Assembly: GCA_965205975.1 (NCBI GenBank)
Contig: OZ242195.1
Coordinates: forward strand, 3,232,001 to 3,296,000
DNA: 64,000 nt
Direction: 5' to 3'
From: Candidatus Latescibacterota bacterium
Lineage (GTDB): Bacteria; Latescibacterota; UBA2968
In this document: in pieces, positions 8,488 through 19,076 of the stretch
How positions within the stretch are numbered: position 1 is the first letter of the stretch
How the letters are laid out: the number at the start of each line of letters is the position of its first letter
Position numbers and translations under genes: made by a program
Notes under the pieces: model-generated
The model's input: the letters and a program-made list of their open reading frames with translations, nothing else
What the model was told of the DNA's origin: nothing
Databases searched by the model: none

Positions 8488-10290
8488 CTACCGGTATTGG
8501 AACTCCGGCGACCCGATCAACATACTGACTACCTGAACGTCTTTGCGCACAGCATCTGCGGGAACCATCTCTTTTACCTCTGACGCAATAGCACTGGTAT
8601 CCTGTGCTGGCAACAGCAACTTGCTATACCTCGCCAATGCCTCTTCAGTCGTTGGCGTATGCTCGCTCTGCCTGGGCAACTGCTTCAGTACAACCCCCCC
8701 AATCCTGCCCATCGCCAGACGCACGCCAAAATTCAATCGCGCAATCAGCGTACCCGAATTTGCCCACGACTCGGCATAATCCGGAAAACCCGTAGGCGGC
8801 TCATAACCATATAGCGGCTCGCCCATGCGGTAAAACCAGCTCATCAGCGGCTGTGGATTCTTCACATCGGCTTCCAATGCACGAAGAGAACTCACCACCA
8901 GTTCTAACGGCGACTTCATCTTGCTGCGCTTCTTCGCTTCTGCCCAAAACACGCGGGACTGCGCCAGCGTAGCTATCACAGCGGCGATATCCCCATCGGT
9001 TTTGGTAAAGGTCTCCGCCATCGCATCAATCACATCATATGACGGTGCATCGTTTACAAACCGACGCGCCAGCTTGGTCGAAATAAAACGCGCGGTTGAA
9101 GGGTGATTGGACAGCATATCCAGAACGCGCTCGCCCTCTTCTATGCCACCCCCTGCCGGGAATGTCTCACCCAACACCACCTTGGCCTTTTTATCGTGCC
9201 AGGCATTGCGGAACAGAAATTCGCCCTGGCGAACGAGATTCTTATTGCCATTGGCAATTGCCCTATCGGTATTCTTGCGCCCATTGCCATAAGGCATCGC
9301 AGTCCACCCCGTCAACACGCGCGCAACCTCGGTAACATCCCGCTGCGTGTATCCACCATCCACACCCAGCGTGTGCAACTCCATCAACTCGCGGGCATAA
9401 TTCTCATTCAAACCATACTTGCGTCTTGGAGGCGTCTTCGGCTTCGCAACAGCCTTCGGAGGGGCTTTTGCCATCTCACCACCATCCATACCACCATCCA
9501 TACCGCCATCCATACCGCCATCCATACCCATCTCGCCCATTGCCACTTCCTTCTTTGGCTCAGGCTTTGCCTGATTCTGCTGCTGTGGCGTCGCCATACG
9601 CGACTGTGCATTATCCAGATAATGCAACATCGCCGGATGCTTCGCCGTCGCACCCAAAATCGTGCGGAACTTGCCCAGCACATTGGGGCGAATCGCATCG
9701 CGCTCATAAGCGAGCACGCGACTGCGCGCCCCACCATCGCGCGTGGTCACATTGAAATGATTAAACCAGAAATCCGTCAGCACCTCAGCGAGTTGATTCT
9801 CGCTATACACCGCCCGCATCACTTTCTGGCTCCGAAGCTCCTGATTAAAAAGCGCGCCATAGGGACGCAACCCGTGCTCCTCGCGATACGCTTTCATCTT
9901 TTCCCGCATCTCTTTGAGAGGCGTCGTCGCCGGATCCATCACCCCTTCTCTTTTCATCTGATTGCGAAGTTGACCATCTGGCATATAGATTTCGGCTATT
10001 TGTAACTGCGTCATTTTCAACGCCGGAAACGCTTCCAATCGCTTGTCCAGCTCAGCATCTGGCAAATTGCCCTTCAACTGCTGAGCCAGCCACTTCTCGG
10101 GACCCATCTGCGCCACTCTTTCCACTTCACCGGGCCGTGCACCAAAGGCAAAACGCTCTAAGAGATACGCCGCTGCCTGCTCCTTGCTCAGCCCTTCTTT
10201 TTTATAGGGCAATTTCAACCCGGCATCCGCCGCAGATCCCGAAAGCAACGCACCACAGCACAAAATAATAAGTGAAAAACGAAATATCAT
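8488..10290 (-). CDS. DUF1800 family protein (copy A), secreted
   Basis: FWFNHF, HPAMLHYLDN, NENYARELMELHTLG, SPEFQYR end. ATG 10290 follows GGAGG; signal peptide. Confidence 0.9.
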   Translation of the reverse strand: MIFRFSLIILCCGALLSGSAADAGLKLPYKKEGLSKEQAAAYLLERFAFGARPGEVERVAQMGPEKWLAQQLKGNLPDAELDKRLEAFPALKMTQLQIAEIYMPDGQLRNQMKREGVMDPATTPLKEMREKMKAYREEHGLRPYGALFNQELRSQKVMRAVYSENQLAEVLTDFWFNHFNVTTRDGGARSRVLAYERDAIRPNVLGKFRTILGATAKHPAMLHYLDNAQSRMATPQQQNQAKPEPKKEVAMGEMGMDGGMDGGMDGGMDGGEMAKAPPKAVAKPKTPPRRKYGLNENYARELMELHTLGVDGGYTQRDVTEVARVLTGWTAMPYGNGRKNTDRAIANGNKNLVRQGEFLFRNAWHDKKAKVVLGETFPAGGGIEEGERVLDMLSNHPSTARFISTKLARRFVNDAPSYDVIDAMAETFTKTDGDIAAVIATLAQSRVFWAEAKKRSKMKSPLELVVSSLRALEADVKNPQPLMSWFYRMGEPLYGYEPPTGFPDYAESWANSGTLIARLNFGVRLAMGRIGGVVLKQLPRQSEHTPTTEEALARYSKLLLPAQDTSAIASEVKEMVPADAVRKDVQVVSMLIGSPEFQYR

Positions 10291-10311
10291 TGCAACCTCC
10301 TTAAAAAAATT

Positions 10312-10350
10312 AAAAAACTCGAGTGCCATACTTCGACACTCGAGTTTTTT
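10312..10350 (-). terminator. Intrinsic terminator-like hairpin directly upstream of the DUF1800-A RBS
   Basis: mRNA AAAAAACTCGAGTGTC-GAAGTAT-GGCACTCGAGTTTTTT. Confidence 0.7.
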
Positions 10351-10423
10351 CTTGCAGCGGTGTAAACTGCACACGCGCAACACAACGTGTCAGTACAGCA
10401 TCAAATGAGTGGTCGATAATGGC

Positions 10424-11692
10424 TTACGTCATCACCTTAAACCGCTCACCTTCCCAACCTGGGAACATCGCAATATCGTGGGAACGATCGATATTCAGAT
10501 GCTTACCAGCCACATCGGCAAACACAGAACGGAAATCCGTCGTCACGGGCAAATCGCGCCGATCTTCGAGCGCATCTTTCACCAGCTTCTCAGGCACATT
10601 CCCGTGGATCTTTCCACCAGCCACGTTATTCCCCAGCACAAACAGACACGACCCGCGGCCGTGATCCGTACCCAGAGAACCATTCTGATGCACCGTGCGA
10701 CCAAATTCGGTCATCGTCATCAGCACCACATCGTCCTGATACGTACCCAGATCCGTCCAGAATGCCGCGATGGACCTGGACATCTCATCTGCTCTGCGCT
10801 GGAAAGAACCCGTCGTTGTACCCTGCTGCACATGGGTATCCCAACCGCCGGTCTCGGTAAAGGCAACCTCAAGCCCCACATCCGACTTGATCAGCAACGC
10901 GATCTGTTGCAGCCTGCGACCCAATGATGTATTGGGATAGTTCGCGCCTTCAACGGGCTTGTAATCCCTCACACCGATTTTTTCCAACAACTCAATCGCA
11001 TCAAAACTCTCCCGGCTCACCCTCTGAACCAGGCGTTTGGCACTCCGCGCATACATCGCCTCAAACCCTTCCTCCACCTGTTCGGCCCCCTGCGGATCAT
11101 TCGGCATCTGAATGCCAAAGGAACGCAGATCATCCACTGCTATCGAAGGCTCCTTCCCGTAAAATGCGCGCGGCAACGCTCTGGTCAATGCCACAGACCG
11201 GAAGGGCGTACCCTCGTGACCGAGCAAACCCACTGCCCGATTGAGCCAACCCGTCCGCGTACCCTTCACACCAGGCGTCCCATTCTCCATATAATCCTGG
11301 GCGTCAAAGTGCGAACGCGTCTTATTCGGCGAACCTACGCCGTGTACAATAGCCAGACGGCCATCCTTGTACAGCGGTGCCAGTTCCGCAAAAGAGGGAT
11401 GCAATGCAAAGCGACCATCCAGATCCGTCAGCTTGTTGTTCGGATCGGTCAGGTGCATAAACAAATTGGGGCGTGCCTCGGCGAGTGCCGGATCGTTAAA
11501 TGGCGTCACCGCCATCAAACCATCCATAGCCCCGCGCTGGAAAATCGTCACCAGCACCTTGCGACGGCTATGTGCCAGCGGATTATTCGCAGCATCAGCC
11601 GCGCGACTCAAAAACAGCGGCGTACCCCCAAACGAGGTAGAAAACAATGCCAAACCGCTGCCTTTCATAAATGCTCTTCGCGTCCATTCCAT
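10424..11692 (-). CDS. DUF1501 family protein (Tat signal)
   Basis: TRRAFMK twin-arginine motif; RGAMDGL, RSHF, GGWDTH, TEFGRT, GTDHG. Confidence 0.92.
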   Translation of the reverse strand: MEWTRRAFMKGSGLALFSTSFGGTPLFLSRAADAANNPLAHSRRKVLVTIFQRGAMDGLMAVTPFNDPALAEARPNLFMHLTDPNNKLTDLDGRFALHPSFAELAPLYKDGRLAIVHGVGSPNKTRSHFDAQDYMENGTPGVKGTRTGWLNRAVGLLGHEGTPFRSVALTRALPRAFYGKEPSIAVDDLRSFGIQMPNDPQGAEQVEEGFEAMYARSAKRLVQRVSRESFDAIELLEKIGVRDYKPVEGANYPNTSLGRRLQQIALLIKSDVGLEVAFTETGGWDTHVQQGTTTGSFQRRADEMSRSIAAFWTDLGTYQDDVVLMTMTEFGRTVHQNGSLGTDHGRGSCLFVLGNNVAGGKIHGNVPEKLVKDALEDRRDLPVTTDFRSVFADVAGKHLNIDRSHDIAMFPGWEGERFKVMT

Positions 11693-11713
11693 AACGCCAT
11701 CTCCTTTCCGAGT

Positions 11714-13507
11714 TTATCGGTATTGAAATTCCGGCGATCCCAGCAACATACTGATCACCTGAACGTCTTTGCGTTCGGCATCTGCGGGAACCGTCTGTTT
11801 AACCTCTGACGCAATAGCACTGGTATCCTGTGCTGGCAGTAGCAACTTGCTATACATCGCCAATGCCTCTTCCGTTGTCAGACCACTGCTATCACTGGGC
11901 AACTGCTTCAACGTCACCCCGTTAATACGGCCAGCGGCCAGATGGATACCAAAATTCATTCGCGCGATCAGCGTACCCGAATTTGCCCAAGACTCGGCAT
12001 AATCCGGAAAACCCGTAGGCGGCAAATAACCATACAGCGGCTCGCCCATGCGATCAAACCAGCGCATTATCGGCTGTGGATTCTTCACATCGGCTTCCAG
12101 CGCGCGAAGAGAACTCACCACCACTTCTAACGGCGACTTCATCTTGCTGCGCTTCTTCGCCTCTGCCCAAAACACGCGGGATTGCGCCAGCGTAGCCACC
12201 ACAGCGGCGATATCCCCATCGGTTTTGGTAAAGGTCTCCGCCATCGCATCAATCACATCATCTGAGGGTGCATCGTTCACAAACCGACGCGCCAACTTGG
12301 TCGAAATAAAACGCGCGGTTGAGGGATGACTGGTCAGCATATCCAGAACGCGCTCACCCTCTTCTATGCCACCACCTGCCGGGAACTTCTCGCCCAACAC
12401 CATCTTGGCCTTGTCGTCGTGCCAGGTTTTGCGGAACACAAATTCGCCCTGAAGAATGTTATTTTTATTTCCATTGACCATTTGTTTTTTGATATTTTCG
12501 CGCTGCCTTCCATAAGGCGCCGCAGCCCATCCCGTCAACACGCGCGCGACCTCGGTAACATCCTGCTGCGTGTATCCACCATCCACACCCAGGGTATGCA
12601 ACTCCATCAATTCGCGGGCATAATTCTCATTCAAACCGTACTTGCGCCTGCGTTGTTGTGGAGGCGTCTGCGCCTTTGCAGGAGCCTTCTCAGGAGCTTT
12701 CGCCATCTCGCCACCCATATCGCCATCCATCCCACCATCCATACCCATCTCACCCATTGACGCTTCCTTCTTTGGCTCGGGCTTTGCCTGCTCCCGCTCC
12801 GACGGCGGCGCCATACGCGACTGTGCATTATCCAGATAATACAACATCGCAGGATGCTTTGCCGTCGCGCCCAAAATCACGCGGAACTTGCCCAGCACAT
12901 TGGGACGAATCGCATCGCGCTCATAAGCGAGCGTGCGAGGGCGCGCCCCACCATCGCGCGTGGTCACATTGAAGTGATTGAACCAGAAATCCGTCATCAC
13001 CTCGACGAGCTGATTCTCGCTATACACCGCCCGCATCAGCTTCTGACCCTTCAGTTCCTGATTGGACAGCAGGCCATAAGGACGCAACCCGTGCTCTTTG
13101 CGATACGCGTTTATCTTTTCATTCATCTCTTTGCGAGGCGTCTTCGCGGGATCGATCAACCCCGCTTGCGCCACCATTCTGCGAATCCGCCCATTATTCA
13201 CATAAACTTTCGACATTTCTTCCTGGGTCATTTTCAGGGCGGGAAACGCTTCCAGACGTTTGTCCAACGCAGCATCGGGCAAATTGCCCTTCAACTGCTG
13301 CGCCAACCACTTCTCTGGACCCATCTTTGCGACCTTTTCCACTTCACCTGGACGCGCACCAAAGGCAAAACGCTCCAGAAGATACGCTGCAGCCTGCTCC
13401 TTACTCAGCCCCTCTGCCTTGTAGGGCAGTTGCAAATCGGCATTTGCCGGAGCCACCGCAAGCAGCGCACCGCAACACAAAACAGCGAGTGCAACGCGCA
13501 ATATCAT
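11714..13507 (-). CDS. DUF1800 family protein (copy B), secreted
   Basis: Close paralog of 8488-10290 with the same motifs; ATG after AGGAGG. Confidence 0.9.
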   Translation of the reverse strand: MILRVALAVLCCGALLAVAPANADLQLPYKAEGLSKEQAAAYLLERFAFGARPGEVEKVAKMGPEKWLAQQLKGNLPDAALDKRLEAFPALKMTQEEMSKVYVNNGRIRRMVAQAGLIDPAKTPRKEMNEKINAYRKEHGLRPYGLLSNQELKGQKLMRAVYSENQLVEVMTDFWFNHFNVTTRDGGARPRTLAYERDAIRPNVLGKFRVILGATAKHPAMLYYLDNAQSRMAPPSEREQAKPEPKKEASMGEMGMDGGMDGDMGGEMAKAPEKAPAKAQTPPQQRRRKYGLNENYARELMELHTLGVDGGYTQQDVTEVARVLTGWAAAPYGRQRENIKKQMVNGNKNNILQGEFVFRKTWHDDKAKMVLGEKFPAGGGIEEGERVLDMLTSHPSTARFISTKLARRFVNDAPSDDVIDAMAETFTKTDGDIAAVVATLAQSRVFWAEAKKRSKMKSPLEVVVSSLRALEADVKNPQPIMRWFDRMGEPLYGYLPPTGFPDYAESWANSGTLIARMNFGIHLAAGRINGVTLKQLPSDSSGLTTEEALAMYSKLLLPAQDTSAIASEVKQTVPADAERKDVQVISMLLGSPEFQYR

Positions 13508-13559
13508 AGCAACCCTCCTTAAAAAATTCCCCAAAGGGAATGGCATCTGTGAATATTTA

Positions 13560-13735
13560 ACTGATGTTACACATATCTGGCGTTTTTGTCATGCTGAGCG
13601 GAGTCGAAGCATCTTTTCCACCTGTGTTGGTAAGAGATGAACTGCCCTGAGAAACGGCAGTTGTACCCCGCTCCTTCGACTCCGCTCCGCTCAGAATGAC
13701 AGACACATCATATTGTATCTGTACGTAACGTCAGT
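13560..13735. repeat. MITE/BIME-like composite palindromic element (family 3) carrying a family-4 insert
   Basis: Outer inverted ends ACTGATGTTAC / GTAACGTCAGT; inner arms GTCATGCTGAGCGGAGTCGAAGCATCT and CTTCGACTCC...GCTCAGAATGAC; half copies at 26422 and 43866. Confidence 0.75.
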
Positions 13736-13822
13736 ATTTAATATAAAATATATCACAATGCCTAATGGTGCAATGCAATTATACAATTTTATACAACACT
13801 ATACAACTTTATACAATTCTTC

Positions 13823-15145
13823 TCAGAACAAATCTGCCGGAACGGGCCTGACAACAATCGAGTCTTCCCCAAAGCCTTCCAACTGCTGGGGATTCAGTGG
13901 GGCTTGCCTGTACTGCAGGGTATAAGTCCCACCGCCCTGTATCAGATTCACCGTCAAAATATCGCCCTCTTTGCTGAAATCCACATCGGACGCCGTCACA
14001 TACGTCAGATTTACGCCGTCCGGTGCACCGCCTCGCAACGTGCCATTGAGCACAGGCACGCCATTTTGAATCACATATCCCGCACGCCTGTTGAAAAACC
14101 GGGATTCATCGGCATGTGTGGAAAACTCGAGCGGCCTGGCAAATGTGATTTCCACAAAACCCTGTTCGATGACCACGCCATTCTCAATCAGGGGATCCAC
14201 CACGTCAGCGGCTGGCACATGGCCAGATGGTGCGCGGTGGCGCGGGCTGCGCCGCTCCAGAACAGGGAACCACTGGATGTCCAGTGAAGCCGGAATGCTC
14301 GGGAACGGGTCTTCGGAATCCATCCACGTGCCATTGAGGTGAGAATCTCGCAATGTCCATATCCCGGAATAAGGCGGATCATTGGTATTCAGTTCTGCAA
14401 CCACCTCTGCCGGAGGAACATAAACCGCATAGCGTATGCCCTGACCGTCTTCCATCCACATAACCATCTGATGGGGGCGAGGATCTTGCCAGGGCCAGGG
14501 ACTATTAAAATAGATGGCCGAACGGTTGTTGCGATTTTGGAACGAGCGGTTGTCTGGCTTATCAGCGTTTGGGATGGTAATGCGAACGCGCCCATTACCC
14601 AGCACCGTCACCTGGCTATATTCCTCGGCTCCGGGTAGCAAGCGTATCAGGGTATTAGGCTGGTTCAATGCCTCACCCGGACGCACCGGAAACGGACTCG
14701 TATAATTGGCCAAATTATTCCCCAACTCACCGACCAGCGGCAACCTGGGACCGGCCTGCCAGAGATAAAACGCACCATAAGCCAGCCTGATACGCTCCAC
14801 ATTGTTTTGTACATATTCAATGCGAAGCTGATCGCGCGAGCCTTCTGCGGTGCGCCAATAGTGCCGCACAGTCTTTTCATACGTCACAGCCGCCATCGGC
14901 GGTGCTGCAAGCGGTGGATTGTACACAAATACCACCGTGCCATAATCCGATGCTGCGGCCGTAAAAATGATATGCCGGGGCGTGCCCTGAGGCGGGTCGG
15001 CAACATCTATGGCACTGCCCCCATTCGTCCCGGAAATCAGCCGATAGCTGCCGCGCCATTCTTCGGCAGGTTCAACCGGGATATCCCGGGTACATCCCGT
15101 CGCGCCCACCAGGCCAATCAGACAAAGCAATAAAAACTTACGCAT
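13823..15145 (-). CDS. Hypothetical lipoprotein
   Basis: MRKFLLLCLIGLVGATGC lipobox; AGGAGG RBS; last gene of the TonB/PorV cluster. Confidence 0.75.
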   Translation of the reverse strand: MRKFLLLCLIGLVGATGCTRDIPVEPAEEWRGSYRLISGTNGGSAIDVADPPQGTPRHIIFTAAASDYGTVVFVYNPPLAAPPMAAVTYEKTVRHYWRTAEGSRDQLRIEYVQNNVERIRLAYGAFYLWQAGPRLPLVGELGNNLANYTSPFPVRPGEALNQPNTLIRLLPGAEEYSQVTVLGNGRVRITIPNADKPDNRSFQNRNNRSAIYFNSPWPWQDPRPHQMVMWMEDGQGIRYAVYVPPAEVVAELNTNDPPYSGIWTLRDSHLNGTWMDSEDPFPSIPASLDIQWFPVLERRSPRHRAPSGHVPAADVVDPLIENGVVIEQGFVEITFARPLEFSTHADESRFFNRRAGYVIQNGVPVLNGTLRGGAPDGVNLTYVTASDVDFSKEGDILTVNLIQGGGTYTLQYRQAPLNPQQLEGFGEDSIVVRPVPADLF

Positions 15146-15166
15146 CTTTTGATTCCTCCTGTCGGC

Positions 15167-15224
15167 GGGCGACCACAAGGGATCGCCCCTACAAGCATCG
15201 GGCGACCACGAGGGTCGCCCCTAC
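15167..15224. repeat. Two GTAG-type REP palindromes (family 1)
   Basis: GGGCGACCACRAGG(G)ATCGCCCCTAC-like units (GTAGGGGCG... on the - strand). Confidence 0.85.
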
Positions 15225-16232
15225 CTAGAACGTTCCCGAAAGCGTCAAACGCAGCGGTCGCTCTTTAATAGCACCGCCGATATCGCTATACGAAACATCC
15301 ACACTTATCTTGCGCTCTTCGCTCACATTGAGATTCAAACCCGCCCCCACGCTCCAGGTCTCCACATCGTACCTGAACTTATAACCGGCGCGAAGTGCCA
15401 GCAGATTTTGTATCCACAACTCGCCGCCAATGTGATCGCGCTCTCCCCAATCGCGGAAAAACACATGCTCATAAGCACCCGTCAGATAAAGCGGATCGCC
15501 TTGCTTACCCAGCAATTCCATCGCAACAGCCAGATTGTAGAAAAACGGCAGGCGATAATCCTCGGTCAGCACTTCCTTATTGCCACCGAGATTGCTGATG
15601 GTCATGCCCACGCGCAGACTCTTGAAACCCGTGTAAAAAATCGTGCCGATATCAAATGTCGTGGAACTCACATTGATGATGTGAAGCTGAGACCGCACAT
15701 AGCGCAGGCGAAAACCCATCGAAAACTTATCGGTCAGTTGCTTGGCAAAAGATCCCGCAACCGAAAAATCACCCAGCTTGATATTTCGCCCCGTGCCATC
15801 GGGTTGCATGGGCGTGGTCTCTTCCACATCGGGATAGGTAAACGTGCGAAAAGAGACACCCACAACGCCTATGGGAATGCGATAGGCAAAACCCCCAGCG
15901 CCCATTTTGGTGCCCACCAGCCACTCGTTATAAGAGGCCAGATACGCCATATTGTCGATATGTACCAGCCCTGCTGCATTCTGGAATATCGAGTGAATAT
16001 CTCGCGACGTGCCCACATTGGCATCGGCCATGCCCGCCAGGCGCGCAGATGCCGAAATTTTCAAAAGCGCGAACCCACTGCGCGCGATGCGGTTACCCCT
16101 ATCGCCTTCCGAGCGAAAATGCCCTTCCGCAGCTATGGGTTCCAGATCATCAAAGCCTGCCACATCCTGGGCCATGGCACTTTGAGGGCTGAGAAAAAGC
16201 GCGATAGCCGCTATCCAGATCAGATATTTCAT
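15225..16232 (-). CDS. PorV/PorQ-family outer-membrane beta-barrel
   Basis: Signal peptide; LLKISASARLAGMADA...SIFQNAAGL, LALRAGY, terminal F. Confidence 0.8.
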   Translation of the reverse strand: MKYLIWIAAIALFLSPQSAMAQDVAGFDDLEPIAAEGHFRSEGDRGNRIARSGFALLKISASARLAGMADANVGTSRDIHSIFQNAAGLVHIDNMAYLASYNEWLVGTKMGAGGFAYRIPIGVVGVSFRTFTYPDVEETTPMQPDGTGRNIKLGDFSVAGSFAKQLTDKFSMGFRLRYVRSQLHIINVSSTTFDIGTIFYTGFKSLRVGMTISNLGGNKEVLTEDYRLPFFYNLAVAMELLGKQGDPLYLTGAYEHVFFRDWGERDHIGGELWIQNLLALRAGYKFRYDVETWSVGAGLNLNVSEERKISVDVSYSDIGGAIKERPLRLTLSGTF

Positions 16233-16259
16233 AATTTGCTCCTCAATAATGACCAATGA

Positions 16260-19004
16260 TCAATTGACAATCACAAACAGACCCTTCTGGATCTGACCCT
16301 CACTCGAGGGATGGTGCGACTCAATCGCCCAGATATACGTACCCGCATTCAGACGACCGCGCGTATTGGCATTCAAACCCACCGTGTGCGTATCCCACTC
16401 GATCTCACCGCGCGCCACCGGGTTGCCCCGCTGCGGGTCGAGTGTATCAAAAGTCTGACGCCACGCCAGATCGCCCGTCAGCGTGTAGATGTACAGCGTA
16501 CACCGGCTCGGCACATTGACCCAGCGGATGCGAGGCGCGCCATAGCTGTGCTCATCCCTGCCCTGTACCCAGGGATTGGGCACCACCTTGATCGGCAGCG
16601 ACATGGACTCGTTTTCGTGGTTGAGCAAGGAAGAGGTCAACCGCGGCACAATGCCATCGGCAGGCCACAAGTACTGATTGCGCTCATCCGAATGCCCGGT
16701 TTCCAGACCCTGCTCATCAAACGCACGTACAGAATAGTGGTGAATAAAACCGATAGCGGGTTCTGGATCGATAAACCTGTAGGTACCCCAGCGGAAAGGA
16801 CCATCGACCTCTGCTTCGGCGGGATCCTCCTGGCCTTCTGCCCAGGGCTGATTGTCAAAAGAAGCACCTGCGGGTACGCCGGGCGGCAACTGGCGTTCGC
16901 CTTCGGGTCCCACGGCTTTGGGGATCGTCGCCAGCAATTTCCACGGACCAGCCCGCATAAAATCAGAGCGATAAATCCGATAACCCAGCACATCGGGACG
17001 GCCCAAGTCTGGATCGATCGCCGTATCGGCAATGCCAGACCAGTTTATTTCGATATTGCCTTCGAGGTTTGTAGCCCCATTGACCTTCACATCGGGTGGC
17101 TGGTTGAGCCCGTCAAAGCCCAGGTCATATAGCTTTTGCGCCTCATTGCCGTGTGCATAAATCGCTTCCAGACCCAATTCCAATTCGGGAACCAGACTCT
17201 GCTGCTGCCAATTCCACTCGTAGGGACGCGCATACCCTCTGGTATCTGCGCGATATTTTGCAGAATTGGACGCCATACCCCCTACATAAGCGATCACAAC
17301 TTTGGCCTTATCGCCAGGACCCAGGATATAGGGACCATAAACCTGTGCATCGATCCACGCACCCAGTTCCTCATTGTCGTGGTACTGCAACATTCGGTCT
17401 GTATCATTATCTCCGAGTACGCCGGCGGCATCGCTGTAGATGTCGAACAACTGATTCTCGCCGTGCGTACCGCCATGCGGATCATCGCCCAGTGCCGAAG
17501 AATACATACGCCATCTGAACACAGCGTGAGGCTGTGGACCTTGCGGCTGCACATAACCGCCCTGTCTATCCAGTGCATTGAACGGATGATCGGCTGTTCC
17601 CGTCGCAATCGGCATCATCCCGATATACTGCGGCGAAAGCAAGGTGCCATCTATAATATTAGATGTTGACACGTATTGATGCTGTGCGCGAGACCGGGTA
17701 TAAGGCTCTCCGTAGTCATCCCACAATCGGGCAACCGCATCGCCATCATAAATATACGTCAGGTGCATCGGCGCGCCCTTGTAGTTGTAGGCATAGTCCG
17801 GATGTTCGTAATTGTCCGCCTGTGTATAGCGCCAGTAATCGTCTTGCGTGGAGGGCTGCACAAAATTCCAGGCATTCGAGTTCGAACCGCCAGCAGGCAC
17901 CCAGTCGGCACCTGTCTTGCTGGCAATAAACCCGTTCTTGACCACGATATAAACTTCGTCGAGTTGTTTGGGATACCCGGGATCAGTAATGCCATCGCCA
18001 TCTGTATCGCCATTATTCCAGAATTCCATCTCCGTGATCAAAAAGTCGTCATAATCCCCCCGGGTCCTGATCGAAGACTGCTTGCCATTGGGAGATGGCA
18101 CCGGGATCATCACGTCATTATCCGTACCCGGCGTGGAATACGCATGCACCATCCGCTTCACCGAAATGCCCGAAGCCTGCGACCAGCCCGTCACCAGCAG
18201 ATTCTCGCCGAACAACTCGGGCGACAAACGCGGATCATTGTGACTGACGCCATTTGACCGCATCTGATTCAACCCGGCGCGCACCCTGTTGTAGGACGAC
18301 TCCAGCATCTGCTTGAACCCCTCATTGTTCAGCGGATAAAACCCAAAACCCCAGTTGTAATAATCCATTGGCTCCACTTTGTCGGGACCAGGCGGAAAAC
18401 CGCGTTGTCCCAAACCGCCATAGGTGGCGACAGCATACTGGTATTCCACAGGCTCGCCATTCACAAAATTGTGCGTGATCTTCATATTTCTCATGCGGGG
18501 CCAGTAAAGCGCGGCATTCTGTCCGTAATTGTACAGATTAAATGGACGACCGCCAGCCCGCCACACAGACCGCCAGATCGATGCAATGCTTTCGACATTA
18601 TTGCGCGGATTGTGCTGGATCGGGAAAACATCTGCGGAAGGCTGGCGGGGACCTCCCTGAGATACATATTTGCGCCCATCGTCTGTGCGCGCCATCACCC
18701 ACACGCCGTTGCCCCGCGAATTGTCCTGCCGGTTAAACCGGTTCACAATACCCGACCGATAGGTCGAGGTCCACCGTCCGGGATAAGCCATGCCCACTTC
18801 GGGACCAAAGATGTTGCCACCATCCAGCGAATGCCCCAGGGTGCCATTATTGCGCATCGACAACCAGAGTTTCGCGCGATTGGTCGTGCGGCGGCGCGTG
18901 CGCTGCTGCGCCTCGGCATCGATTATTGTCCACAACTCCGATGCACCCCAAAGCACCACAAAGGCGAGCAACACCCGCGTAAATCTCTTAAATATCCGTT
19001 GCAT
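16260..19004 (-). CDS. Large secreted protein with T9SS-CTD-like C-terminus
   Basis: Signal peptide; FN3-like GYRIYRS; C-terminal IKVVPNPW...IRWVNVPSRCTLYIYTLTGDL...EWD...AGTYIWAI. Confidence 0.75.
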   Translation of the reverse strand: MQRIFKRFTRVLLAFVVLWGASELWTIIDAEAQQRTRRRTTNRAKLWLSMRNNGTLGHSLDGGNIFGPEVGMAYPGRWTSTYRSGIVNRFNRQDNSRGNGVWVMARTDDGRKYVSQGGPRQPSADVFPIQHNPRNNVESIASIWRSVWRAGGRPFNLYNYGQNAALYWPRMRNMKITHNFVNGEPVEYQYAVATYGGLGQRGFPPGPDKVEPMDYYNWGFGFYPLNNEGFKQMLESSYNRVRAGLNQMRSNGVSHNDPRLSPELFGENLLVTGWSQASGISVKRMVHAYSTPGTDNDVMIPVPSPNGKQSSIRTRGDYDDFLITEMEFWNNGDTDGDGITDPGYPKQLDEVYIVVKNGFIASKTGADWVPAGGSNSNAWNFVQPSTQDDYWRYTQADNYEHPDYAYNYKGAPMHLTYIYDGDAVARLWDDYGEPYTRSRAQHQYVSTSNIIDGTLLSPQYIGMMPIATGTADHPFNALDRQGGYVQPQGPQPHAVFRWRMYSSALGDDPHGGTHGENQLFDIYSDAAGVLGDNDTDRMLQYHDNEELGAWIDAQVYGPYILGPGDKAKVVIAYVGGMASNSAKYRADTRGYARPYEWNWQQQSLVPELELGLEAIYAHGNEAQKLYDLGFDGLNQPPDVKVNGATNLEGNIEINWSGIADTAIDPDLGRPDVLGYRIYRSDFMRAGPWKLLATIPKAVGPEGERQLPPGVPAGASFDNQPWAEGQEDPAEAEVDGPFRWGTYRFIDPEPAIGFIHHYSVRAFDEQGLETGHSDERNQYLWPADGIVPRLTSSLLNHENESMSLPIKVVPNPWVQGRDEHSYGAPRIRWVNVPSRCTLYIYTLTGDLAWRQTFDTLDPQRGNPVARGEIEWDTHTVGLNANTRGRLNAGTYIWAIESHHPSSEGQIQKGLFVIVN

Positions 19005-19076
19005 AAGCTAACTCCTTATTAGATAGCGGTCAGCAATCGGCTTTTCCGCTGACTGCTGACCGCTGAAAGCTGAGCT

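Noticed and set aside
19024..19076. GCTGAC-type 7-mer palindromic run as a regulatory RNA
   Set aside because: Generic short intergenic repeat (similar at about 54385); no evidence of a specific function.
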